Of a stretch of DNA of 64,000 bases, positions 36,976-45,497 are shown piece by piece (the first letter of the stretch is position 1; every line of letters starts with the position of its first letter). Source of the DNA: a virus; IMG/VR virus record IMGVR_UViG_3300024259_000016, positions 50,060 to 114,059 of that record, one strand, 5' to 3'. Position numbers and translations under genes: made by a program. A model generated the notes under the pieces. That model saw nothing but the letters and a program-made list of their open reading frames with translations, made no database searches and was not told the origin of the DNA.

Positions 36976-37269
36976 ATGATTCGTGTAGCCAACACCCACA
37001 GGTTTGAAACCTTCGGCTTCTCGTTGCCCCATGACCCTGTTTGTATTGAGAACGGGGAGTGTCAGTGCATCAAAGCGGAGGTCGCACTGATTGGGGGTCA
37101 TGTGGGAGAACGTCTGGAGCCCTTGTTCATCAACATCCCCGCAGGTGGAATCAGTAGGTCTGTCCCTGATGCTGTGGCCAGCCTCCCGGTTATCACACGT
37201 CGGGTATCTGAAGGTAATGCCAGGGTGGACCCGGTCGACGGATTCATCTCGGTGCAGCGTGCTGGGTAA
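36976..37269 (+). CDS. Small hypothetical protein preceding the sheath
   Basis: HxxxC...CxC cluster; position. Confidence 0.6.
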   Translation: MIRVANTHRFETFGFSLPHDPVCIENGECQCIKAEVALIGGHVGERLEPLFINIPAGGISRSVPDAVASLPVITRRVSEGNARVDPVDGFISVQRAG

Positions 37270-37340
37270 GAGAGCCTTTGGTCTGGTAGGCAGACAACTG
37301 CTCGTTGACCAAGGGTCGGCGACTCGAGGAGTATAACACC

Positions 37341-39008
37341 ATGCGTAACGGTCGCAGCCGCGTTGACAACAAGTGGCAGTCCAGCAATCTGCGGTCCATG
37401 CCCAACAGGGAGTTCGGGGTAACCCAGCTCCTTGGGGTGTTCGAATGGGGGCCTGAGGAAGTAACGGCGGTCACCTCCTTCGACGACTTCAAGCTCAAGT
37501 ACGGCGGCTTCTCGGTGGACTACCATGCCGCCCTGCATGCCTACTTGTACTTCGCCATGGGCGGTACCAAGCTGTGGGTCAAGAGGGTGTTCCACTACCT
37601 CAACCACACATCGGACATCGACCCCCTCACAGCTGCCAAGGGGACCGTTACGTTGGTCTCTGGCGCTGCGGGCCCCTACGGCGTCCAGAATACCCTGCGG
37701 GCCGATGGCTTGTACTATGGAGACCTGGCCCTGACTGTGCAGCCTGTCGCTGCGCAGAGCGGCCTGGCGGGCTACTTCGACCTGCTGGTATTCCACCCCC
37801 GTGAGATTCAGCCCATCGAGTGGATTCGCAACGTGACCATGGATTCCACCTCGAACGACTACGTGGAGGACGTGGTCAACACCAGCGCCCGGCGCAGCAA
37901 CTACGTCAAGGTCACCGATCTGTTGGCCAGTGGCACCGTAACGCAACGTATGCCCGCGGCCCTGGGATCTGCTGTGGCGTTGGTGGGTGGAGATGATGGA
38001 TTGGCAGCCCTCGTGGATGCCGACTACGTCGGGGGCACCGCCGGCCGGACCGGTCTGTATGGCTTCCAGCTGGTCAACGAAGGCAACATGATGTTGGTGC
38101 CGGATGGTCTGTCCTCCACGGTCCAGAACGCCGCCATCTCGTACTGTGAGAACTACCAGTACAAGCAGGAAAAGGTCATCTACATCCCAGAGACGCAGGC
38201 TGGTCTAGGGTATCTGGCCGCGGTGGCGCAGTATTCGGCATTGACCGGGAGCCGGGCGAAGACCGGCATGGCTTGGCCGCGGGTGCGAATCACCAATCCC
38301 GACAAGACAGTCTTCGGCCTGAACAACGACAACATCGTGTGCGGCTACGGCGGCCTGCTCGCCGGTCTCATCTGCGGTCAGTCCAAGCGGTACCTGGCGC
38401 AGATGGCGGTCAACCCGTCGAACCAGGATTTCGGATGGCTCAATGACATGGTGGTCGGGCTCGAAGGGGCCGACGACAAGCATGAAGTCCTGGACCCCAA
38501 CGTCCAGAACTATGTCACCGACTACGGGATCAACCCGATCCTGTTTGGCCGGCATGAGAGGACTGGTCGCTACGGTGCCTGGTTCAACGACTGTCAGTCC
38601 GGCGAGGATGTGACTACGGAGCTGGAGCTCGAGAGTATTGGCAACCAGATGCTCTGCTCGCACCTTCGCTACCGGCATACCGCTTTCCTGGAGCGCCACC
38701 GTACCCAGGGCAACTCCAAGCGGCGTCGGGGGATCATCCAAAAGGCTCTCATCGAGGACAACAAGTACTGGACCTCTCTGGGTGTCTTCGCATCTGACAG
38801 TGCCAACGAGGCGTTCTTCGTCAATGTGGACCCCGAGGGCGAGAACATCAACAACGCGGTGGTGCAGCGCCAGCAGAAGCTGGTGGTCAAGGAGGGCTTC
38901 GCTTTTGCCTCCCCCGCCCGCTTCGTGGACTTGTACTTCACCAGAGACAATCGCGCCGTCGAGAGCTACATGTCTCAGGCGGCCAAGGCTGCCGGCATCG
39001 CAGGATAA
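37341..39008 (+). CDS. Tail sheath protein
   Basis: GVFEWGP...SFDDF...YG, YFAMGG..LWV.RV, AWPRV, GINPI, F.VNVD...N, FASPARFV; GAGGAG SD. Confidence 0.92.
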   Translation: MRNGRSRVDNKWQSSNLRSMPNREFGVTQLLGVFEWGPEEVTAVTSFDDFKLKYGGFSVDYHAALHAYLYFAMGGTKLWVKRVFHYLNHTSDIDPLTAAKGTVTLVSGAAGPYGVQNTLRADGLYYGDLALTVQPVAAQSGLAGYFDLLVFHPREIQPIEWIRNVTMDSTSNDYVEDVVNTSARRSNYVKVTDLLASGTVTQRMPAALGSAVALVGGDDGLAALVDADYVGGTAGRTGLYGFQLVNEGNMMLVPDGLSSTVQNAAISYCENYQYKQEKVIYIPETQAGLGYLAAVAQYSALTGSRAKTGMAWPRVRITNPDKTVFGLNNDNIVCGYGGLLAGLICGQSKRYLAQMAVNPSNQDFGWLNDMVVGLEGADDKHEVLDPNVQNYVTDYGINPILFGRHERTGRYGAWFNDCQSGEDVTTELELESIGNQMLCSHLRYRHTAFLERHRTQGNSKRRRGIIQKALIEDNKYWTSLGVFASDSANEAFFVNVDPEGENINNAVVQRQQKLVVKEGFAFASPARFVDLYFTRDNRAVESYMSQAAKAAGIAG

Positions 39009-39032
39009 CCCGGCTCTCAAGGAGCACCAATT

Positions 39033-39521
39033 ATGGGTCAGCAGGCACGATCAAGAGAGCTGGCAGGACAGTACAACTTCCTTGTGGAGGACCTGTCGGG
39101 CGGCCTGAGCAACTCGAAGTATCGGGACGTGTCCGGCGGCGACGTCAACTTCGAGATCGCGCTGAACCGTGAGGGCGGTGCGGTCTACGCCCAGAAGATG
39201 GCAACCATCGCCAATGTGGACGACATCACATTGTCGGTGGGTCTCATCCCCAGCGGCGGGGAGATGTACGACTGGCTGTTGGAGAACTGCGATGTACTGG
39301 CCAGTATGCCGGAGGGGGCTGGAGTAGACGATCCATACAACCTGCGCACCCTGGCCATCGCTGGGTTGAGCAGGGGCCGGCGCGACCTGATCGCCTGGAA
39401 CTGTCACAACTGCCAGGTCGCAGGTTATCCCATGTTCCAGTTCGACAACAACTCCGGTGACATCCTCATCGAGCAGCTCATCCTCGCTTACGAGTACCCC
39501 ACCGTCGAGTTCCTCGGCTGA
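39033..39521 (+). CDS. Tail tube protein (T4 gp19-like)
   Basis: YNFLVE, REGG, DITL..G, MYDW, FDNNSGDILIEQLILAYE. Confidence 0.9.
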   Translation: MGQQARSRELAGQYNFLVEDLSGGLSNSKYRDVSGGDVNFEIALNREGGAVYAQKMATIANVDDITLSVGLIPSGGEMYDWLLENCDVLASMPEGAGVDDPYNLRTLAIAGLSRGRRDLIAWNCHNCQVAGYPMFQFDNNSGDILIEQLILAYEYPTVEFLG

Positions 39522-39542
39522 TCCTCTCCTCCAGTTTCTCCG

Positions 39543-39570
39543 TTGACACACGTGGCACACCTGGTAGACT
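39543..39570 (+). promoter_or_regulatory. Sigma70-like promoter containing a GTGGCAC box
   Basis: TTGACA at 39543, TAGACT at 39565, GTGGCAC at 39552. Confidence 0.7.
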
Positions 39571-39579
39571 TTGTCCCAG

Positions 39580-39660
39580 GTTCGTCGTTCAGCCTTCCTT
39601 TAAGTTGCATCCCCTGCGGAGGTCGGAGCCGCAGTTCGATACCTGCTAACGTCACCCCCC
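39580..39660 (+). ncRNA. Degenerate tRNA-like element (pseudo-tRNA candidate)
   Basis: CT-GCG-GA anticodon-like loop, 5-nt variable region, GCAG-TTCGATAC-CTGC T-arm, ...GTCACCC end; D-arm and acceptor stem poor. Confidence 0.35.
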
Positions 39661-39780
39661 GGTCACGTGGGTAGGGAGCCCTTTCGTCCTGCCTAACTCT
39701 GCGCCCTGTTGCTGGATCCAACCTCTGGAGCAGGGCTGCCGGCGGGCCTAATTACCTATCCCGAACAGGAGCTGTGGCTG

Positions 39781-40788
39781 ATGGCTATCGAGATCGAGTG
39801 TATCCCCTCTGGACTGAAGTTGGCCTGCCGCGGGATCAAGACCGGGGACATCCACGACGCCCTCCATTCGATGGGGCAGGGGGGGACCATGACCAAGGAC
39901 CCTCAGGGTCGCGATCGAGCCAAGACGGGCCACCTGGCGGCCGAGATGCTGGCCTTGAGCCTGGTCCCCCCTTACGTGGTGCATCCCGGTCCTTATTCCA
40001 GCTTGCAGGTGGGGGAGATGCCCGACCTGCGCGAGGTGATGGTCACCGACGTCCTGTCCGCCATCTACCAGCTTCGCGCTCGGGCCGGAACCCCTATCGA
40101 GACCCGCCCGAATTGCCAGCACTGTGGTCGGATCCCGAAGTCCCCACTGCAGATTTCTGCTGGAGAATGTGAGCACTTTGAGTGCAGTGAGGAAGGGAAG
40201 ACAGCTATCACCGAAGAGGGGGGGCTGTTTGTCACTTATGGCCCCTGGAAGATTGAGATGTGCCCCCCAATCATCCGGCGCTCCTCTGCCTTGGACCGCA
40301 TCCTGGATGGGGGGGAGTACCCCCCGACGTTGGGCTGCGACTCGATGTACATGGCCTCGATCAAGAGCGTGGCGCGAACTGATGGTGTGGGGATCTGGGG
40401 GCAGAAGGAGTTGTCCCCGGAGCAGAAGAAGATGGCCGGAGACCTGGCCGGCGAGAAGGTTGAGGACAAAGGGACTGGGGAGGAGCGTCCTCAGGTCGAC
40501 ATCCAGCGCAAGCTCACCATCCTGACCGACATTGTCAGGTGGTGGTACAGTCAGGAAGACTGGGGCCTGCTCGACGCTGTCCGCGACAAGGGACAGGAAA
40601 CCTGGGGCGACGTGGATACCTTCTACAACTGGACCTGCAGCGTGGACCCAACGGTTTGCCACCAGGAGCAGGAAGGTGGGATCCCTTTGGGCCCGGGGTT
40701 TTTTGGGATTTCGGTCGAGCGCGCGCGCAAGCGCCGGAAGAAAGGTTCCGGGAAGAAGCCCGGGATGCTGGCTGGCCCGCAGAGCTAG
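39781..40788 (+). CDS. Tail assembly chaperone / T4 gp26-like hub assembly protein
   Basis: Between tube and tape measure; CQHC and C...C pairs; IPLGPGFF near the end. Confidence 0.65.
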   Translation: MAIEIECIPSGLKLACRGIKTGDIHDALHSMGQGGTMTKDPQGRDRAKTGHLAAEMLALSLVPPYVVHPGPYSSLQVGEMPDLREVMVTDVLSAIYQLRARAGTPIETRPNCQHCGRIPKSPLQISAGECEHFECSEEGKTAITEEGGLFVTYGPWKIEMCPPIIRRSSALDRILDGGEYPPTLGCDSMYMASIKSVARTDGVGIWGQKELSPEQKKMAGDLAGEKVEDKGTGEERPQVDIQRKLTILTDIVRWWYSQEDWGLLDAVRDKGQETWGDVDTFYNWTCSVDPTVCHQEQEGGIPLGPGFFGISVERARKRRKKGSGKKPGMLAGPQS

Positions 40789-41093
40789 ATTACGTCCTGG
40801 AGCAGCCCATGGCTCCGCTGTGGGTGTGCACATTCTTTGATTTCCCTGTCAGTCGATTCGCCTACCTGTCGCTAGTCCAGACGCTGTTGATGCGTAGTGG
40901 GCAGGGCCTGTCCCTGGGATTTTCCTCCCTGCAAGAGATCAATGAGATGGACCTGACTCTCGCCTGCGAGCTTCGCCAGTTGCTAACCTCCAGCATTGAG
41001 AAGATAATGGAGGAGCAGGACCGTCCCGGATCGGGAGGCCCCGGCTCCAAGATCTCGATGCGTGATACCCTGCGTGGTTCCCAACGGAGGTAG
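40695..41093 (+). CDS. Tail assembly chaperone extension, probable -1 frameshift product
   Basis: Open -1 frame across GGGGTTTTTTG (40695-40705) ending just before the tape measure start. Confidence 0.55.
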   Translation, partial: GVFWDFGRARAQAPEERFREEARDAGWPAELDYVLEQPMAPLWVCTFFDFPVSRFAYLSLVQTLLMRSGQGLSLGFSSLQEINEMDLTLACELRQLLTSSIEKIMEEQDRPGSGGPGSKISMRDTLRGSQRR

Positions 41094-41096
41094 GCC

Positions 41097-44000
41097 GTGG
41101 CCGGCACTGTAGCGAATCTGTACTCCCGCCTGAATCTTGATGTGGTTGCCCCAACCTCGGGGGAGATCACCCGCGTCAAAAACATGGCCAAGGCCATCAC
41201 CCAGCTCGACACCGCCTACAACAAGTTCGGCAGGACCATGTCAGCCCAGACCGTGGTCGGAGGCATCAAGCAGATGAACGCCTTCACCCGGACCTCGGCG
41301 GCGGGCTTTGCCCTGGCCACGGCCGAGATCGAGAGGATGCGCCTGGAGATGGCTCAGGCCCGACGGGAAGCCGTCCAGACAGGTCATGCCATGGCTGGAG
41401 CCGGCCAGCGGGTCGTCCAGCGGACTGCAGGTGCTTCAGCTCCTCGTGCGGGGGGCGGGGCCGGAATGGGTGGGAGCGGGGGCGGAGGACGGCGTCTGGG
41501 GGCGACCAGGGCACGCGCAGCTGGCGCCAGGGGGATGCAGGGGGGTGGACGGCGTCTGGGGGCGACCAGGGCACGCGCAGCTGGCGCCAGGGGGGTGCAG
41601 GGGGGTGGAGGGGGGTTCCGGAACATCGCCGGAGCCTTTGTGGGGATGCTCGTCGGTGGCGCTCTGTTCCGGGGCATGGGTGTATTCGTCAACAAGAGCA
41701 AGGAAATGGAGCTGGCCCTGACCCAGATCCGTGCTCTGACCCGGGCCACCAGCATGGAGATGTCCGGATACGAAAAGCAGATCCTGAGGGTAGCCAGCCT
41801 GACTCCCTTCGATCCGAAGGAGATCGCTGAGGCAGCTCTGTCCCTGCGGCGCCTGACTGGCTCATCGTCGGCTGCTCTGGCCACCTTGAGGGAGACGGCC
41901 TCGCTGTCTGTGGCATCGTTCGGGAAGTTGTCGTTGCAGCAGTCCGCGGCCTTCATGGGGCGTATGGTTGCAACAGGTGGCAGCGCCAAGGTGGCCAAGG
42001 GGCGGGCCGCCCAGCTCTTTGGCCTTGGTCGTGCCCTCGGTGTCGGGATCGAAGACTTCGCCCCGGTGGCTGGTCAGCTGGGGGCCGCTGCCTTCCGCGG
42101 GCAGCAGGACTTCTTGACCACAAGCTCCGTCTTTGCCGTGGCTAGCCAGCTCCAGGGGTCGAACCGTCGGGCCGCCACCCAGACCTTCCGCCTGATGTCC
42201 GAGCTGGGCCGCGGCCGAGCTGAAGAGGGTCTAAGACGTATTGGGGTGTCCACCCGTGCCGGTGGGAAGATCCGAGGCATCGACCAGATTCTCGGTGACA
42301 TCATGGACCGCATGATGGGAACCGGGAAGTTCGGGGGCAAGGGGAAGCTCGGGACCCAGGCCGTCATGGATGCTCTGTCGTCGAAGACCCCAGCTGGGGT
42401 GCCGATTGGGGAGCGGTCGATCCGGCCGCTGGTCATGGCCATCCAGAGGTTCACCCAGGGCGTGAAAATTCAAGGCAAGGGTGTGCTGTACGGACGGGAG
42501 GCTCTAGCAGCTCTGAGGGATGAAGCAAAGCAAGCCAAGAACATCATCGACATGATCGCCGAGCAGAGGCTCCAGACTCTGAGTGGGCAGATCGAACTGA
42601 TGGCTGAAGAGATGGGTAAGGCGGCCCGTGTCGTCGGCGACATGTTCACGCCGGCCCTCAAGACAGTCGTGACCGGCTTGAAGGGAATCGCCGCGGGCTT
42701 CCAGTCCTTGGCCAACAACTCCGTGTTCGGTGCCCTGTTTGGAATGCTGACGAAGGTAGGTGTTGTTGGGGGTTCTTTGTTTGCCTCGGTAGCTCTGCTC
42801 AAGGGCGCCAAGGGGTTGCTGACGAACGTGTCTCAATACATCGGGGTGAGCAAAGCTGCGGGTTGGGCGGGGGGACTGCTTGCCGCGGCTCCTATGGTCA
42901 ATCCTTACGTCGGGACATACGCGAGGCCTAAGAGTATGCGTTCAGGTCTCGGGGGGCAAATTGGGGGATTTGGGCCAGTAGGTCGTGGTATCGGCAGCGG
43001 TGCTGGCGCTGCCGTCTGGGGTGCAACGATGGGCCTCGGGAAATTCGCTGCTGGACTTGGTATTGCCTACGGCGCGATCCTGGCCTTCGAGGAGGTCTTG
43101 TCCCTGGCCACCAAGGGTTGGAAGGAGTACTGGGCGGACAAACGAGGGGGGGCTGCTGTTGAAGCTGCTCGTCGTGGAGGAGGAATGGCCTTCGAGGCGT
43201 TCGGCGTCAAGGGGGTGAAAGGGTTGGGACGTAAGGATGCAATGGCATTTGCTGATGCCTACCAGGCCAAGTTCGGCCAGAACTTTGGCACGGAGATGAC
43301 GAAGTTTCAGAAGGAGTGGGCCGGCTGGCGTCTCAAGTTCCACAAGGAGATCATGGGGAGTGAAGTTGCCAAGACCACCATGCAGATTCAGAAGCAGATC
43401 AACTTGACTGCACGTCAGGTCACACTGCAAAAGGAACTCAACAACACCTTCCAGTACGGCTTTGAAAAGATGAACAAGGTGTTGCAGGAGACCAAGGCGC
43501 TGGCTGCCTATGAGCCCCCTGTCATCAAGTGGGGAACCTACCGTACAGCCACTCGGATGATGCAGAAGGCTGCTGTCGGAGGTCGGCTCGGGTCGACTGA
43601 GCAACGTATGGCCCAGACGGTTGTTGCTTCGTCTCCTGAGGCTGAGATGCTGATGGAGAAGGCGGCCACCGGGATGGCTACTCCGCGAGAGCATGCTCGG
43701 TTAATGAAGCTGCTGCAGGTCCGGCAGGCCGTCCTCACTCATATGGGGACTATGGGTGTCGGCGGGTTCACCAAAGGCTTCGCCGGCAAGCACGGTAAGG
43801 GGGTGTTGGGTCAGGTTGCTGGCATCGGGACCCCACAGAATTTGCAGTATTCCAATCTCCTCACCCTGGCTGCGGGGGGGAAATATCGAGGCGGCCATGG
43901 AAGTTTTGTTCCGGGGTACAACCAGAATGTGGCCGGTCTCCCCGGTGGTCCTCAGGAAAAGAGTGGGGACTTCGGTCTGTTCGGCTCTGTCCTTGGTATG

Positions 44001-44456
44001 CCCTTCGGCCGCGGAGGGGGGACTCGGATCGGGGGGGACCTTGGACCTGGCCCAAAAGCTGGACTACATTTTGGGGGGGTTGCTGCATTAGTCAAACAAG
44101 CATCGCCCCACCCTGGTCCTGGTCCGAAAGCAGGCATACATTACGGCGGGATTGCGGCAATGACTGCCCAGGCATCATCAGCCATTAATGCTCCCCAGAG
44201 TCGAAAGGCCGAGATTGAAAAAGGGGTTGAAGCAGATTACACAGCGATGGTTGAGGCGGGGGTCGGCTTTGTTGCGGGCCAGCAGGCCAAGAGAATGAAT
44301 CAGGCACTTGAGGCTGCCTTGGCACATGAAAAGTTAGCCTCAGCCATGGCTGAGGGTATCCGCCGGGCGGGGGTGCTCCCTGTCCGTAATGAAGGTTCGG
44401 GGGATCCGTTGACCAACGATGGCCGACGCCCTGACGGGCCCGGAGGAACTCTCTGA
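41097..44456 (+). CDS. Tape measure protein
   Basis: 1119 aa, Ala/Gly-rich helical; TPFDPKEIAEA...L and TLSGQ motifs; GGAGGT SD. Confidence 0.92.
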   Translation: MAGTVANLYSRLNLDVVAPTSGEITRVKNMAKAITQLDTAYNKFGRTMSAQTVVGGIKQMNAFTRTSAAGFALATAEIERMRLEMAQARREAVQTGHAMAGAGQRVVQRTAGASAPRAGGGAGMGGSGGGGRRLGATRARAAGARGMQGGGRRLGATRARAAGARGVQGGGGGFRNIAGAFVGMLVGGALFRGMGVFVNKSKEMELALTQIRALTRATSMEMSGYEKQILRVASLTPFDPKEIAEAALSLRRLTGSSSAALATLRETASLSVASFGKLSLQQSAAFMGRMVATGGSAKVAKGRAAQLFGLGRALGVGIEDFAPVAGQLGAAAFRGQQDFLTTSSVFAVASQLQGSNRRAATQTFRLMSELGRGRAEEGLRRIGVSTRAGGKIRGIDQILGDIMDRMMGTGKFGGKGKLGTQAVMDALSSKTPAGVPIGERSIRPLVMAIQRFTQGVKIQGKGVLYGREALAALRDEAKQAKNIIDMIAEQRLQTLSGQIELMAEEMGKAARVVGDMFTPALKTVVTGLKGIAAGFQSLANNSVFGALFGMLTKVGVVGGSLFASVALLKGAKGLLTNVSQYIGVSKAAGWAGGLLAAAPMVNPYVGTYARPKSMRSGLGGQIGGFGPVGRGIGSGAGAAVWGATMGLGKFAAGLGIAYGAILAFEEVLSLATKGWKEYWADKRGGAAVEAARRGGGMAFEAFGVKGVKGLGRKDAMAFADAYQAKFGQNFGTEMTKFQKEWAGWRLKFHKEIMGSEVAKTTMQIQKQINLTARQVTLQKELNNTFQYGFEKMNKVLQETKALAAYEPPVIKWGTYRTATRMMQKAAVGGRLGSTEQRMAQTVVASSPEAEMLMEKAATGMATPREHARLMKLLQVRQAVLTHMGTMGVGGFTKGFAGKHGKGVLGQVAGIGTPQNLQYSNLLTLAAGGKYRGGHGSFVPGYNQNVAGLPGGPQEKSGDFGLFGSVLGMPFGRGGGTRIGGDLGPGPKAGLHFGGVAALVKQASPHPGPGPKAGIHYGGIAAMTAQASSAINAPQSRKAEIEKGVEADYTAMVEAGVGFVAGQQAKRMNQALEAALAHEKLASAMAEGIRRAGVLPVRNEGSGDPLTNDGRRPDGPGGTL
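41487..41606 (+). repeat. 60-bp in-frame tandem duplication in the tape measure gene
   Basis: Two near-identical copies encoding GRRLGATRARAAGARG(M/V)QGG. Confidence 0.9.
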
Positions 44457-45118
44457 TGTCGGGTAAAGGGACAGAGCCTACTCGAGCAAGAGCGCGATTG
44501 AGGTTTGCCGACCTAATGGACCCGTCGGACTACATCACTGCCTTATACAATCCAACACAGTTGGATCAGAAGATCCAAGCGCGGACAGGCAGCCCCAAGC
44601 CGATTGGGGGGGCGGCGGTCCCCCAATATGAGGGGACGGATGGATTCGAAACCTTCTCCATTGTGCTCCAGCATTCTGAGCGCAGGATGCTCGACAAGAT
44701 GCGGCACGGAGGGAAAAAGTCGAAGGACCGATGGACAGATCGGGACGAAGCTGAGCTCCCGATGGCCGAACGGTGGCTCATCTCGAAGCTGCATCCACGG
44801 GGGTACGGCCTGGCCCCGTCTCGGCTGATGCTTCTGTGGCCTAATACCTGCACCATGTTGATTTCTGTAGATGCTGTGCAGCGGTCCATCGTTCGATGGG
44901 ACGAAGACCTGGTCCCGCGACAGGGTACGTTAATAGTAACTGTCACTGAGCATGTCGAGGGCCTCCGCACAGCGGGGTATGTGATGGCCCAGGGCATGTC
45001 AGGGATTGGCCTCGGGGGTATCTATAATGCACTCAACAGTCTCGGTGTCGACGGAGGAGTCGGGGCTGTGGGTCTTGGTATAGGGAGTGGGGGACAGGGA
45101 GGGACCAGTGGCCAATAG
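44456..45118 (+). CDS. Tube-initiator / contractile-injection tube-like protein
   Basis: ALYNPTQL...QY.G...P..LMLLW pattern; directly after the tape measure gene. Confidence 0.7.
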   Translation: MSGKGTEPTRARARLRFADLMDPSDYITALYNPTQLDQKIQARTGSPKPIGGAAVPQYEGTDGFETFSIVLQHSERRMLDKMRHGGKKSKDRWTDRDEAELPMAERWLISKLHPRGYGLAPSRLMLLWPNTCTMLISVDAVQRSIVRWDEDLVPRQGTLIVTVTEHVEGLRTAGYVMAQGMSGIGLGGIYNALNSLGVDGGVGAVGLGIGSGGQGGTSGQ

Positions 45119-45494
45119 TGCATCCAGGAGTGATCTGGCGGCCTATGATGTTGGGGGCCTTGGTCGGCACGGCTATATTTATGAAGGAACAGATGGTCGT
45201 ATGGTGTTGTCCGTCCCGGAGAGACTGCCCAACCTGGAGATGGTCGGCGAGGCGTTTCCCGAGGCGTATGAGTGCAAGGGGTGGGAGCTGCCGATGTCTT
45301 TGCCGGGAATGTTCTACCGGGGGATCCTCGGTAGGCCTATCGACGCCTGGGAGATCATTGCTCAGTTCCAGGAGGACCCGATTGAGGACCCGTTTGAACC
45401 GCTGGCCCGGGGGAGGATTATCATGATCCCACCCATCGAGTACTTCTCAATCGCCTATGGGTCATCTTTGTCCGAGCAACCCGAGTTGGGGTAA
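45108..45494 (+). CDS. gpX/LysM-like baseplate protein
   Basis: WEIIAQF...IEDPF..L..GRIIMIP. Confidence 0.7.
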   Translation: MANSASRSDLAAYDVGGLGRHGYIYEGTDGRMVLSVPERLPNLEMVGEAFPEAYECKGWELPMSLPGMFYRGILGRPIDAWEIIAQFQEDPIEDPFEPLARGRIIMIPPIEYFSIAYGSSLSEQPELG

Positions 45495-45497
45495 GAC

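Noticed and set aside
39580-39660. Functional tRNA-Arg(GCG) gene
   Set aside because: Acceptor and anticodon stems mispaired, no D-loop GG, T-stem one base short; at most a relic
37098-40833. Antisense ORFs of 282, 271, 169 and 361 aa
   Set aside because: Opposite sheath, tube and chaperone genes; explained by codon bias
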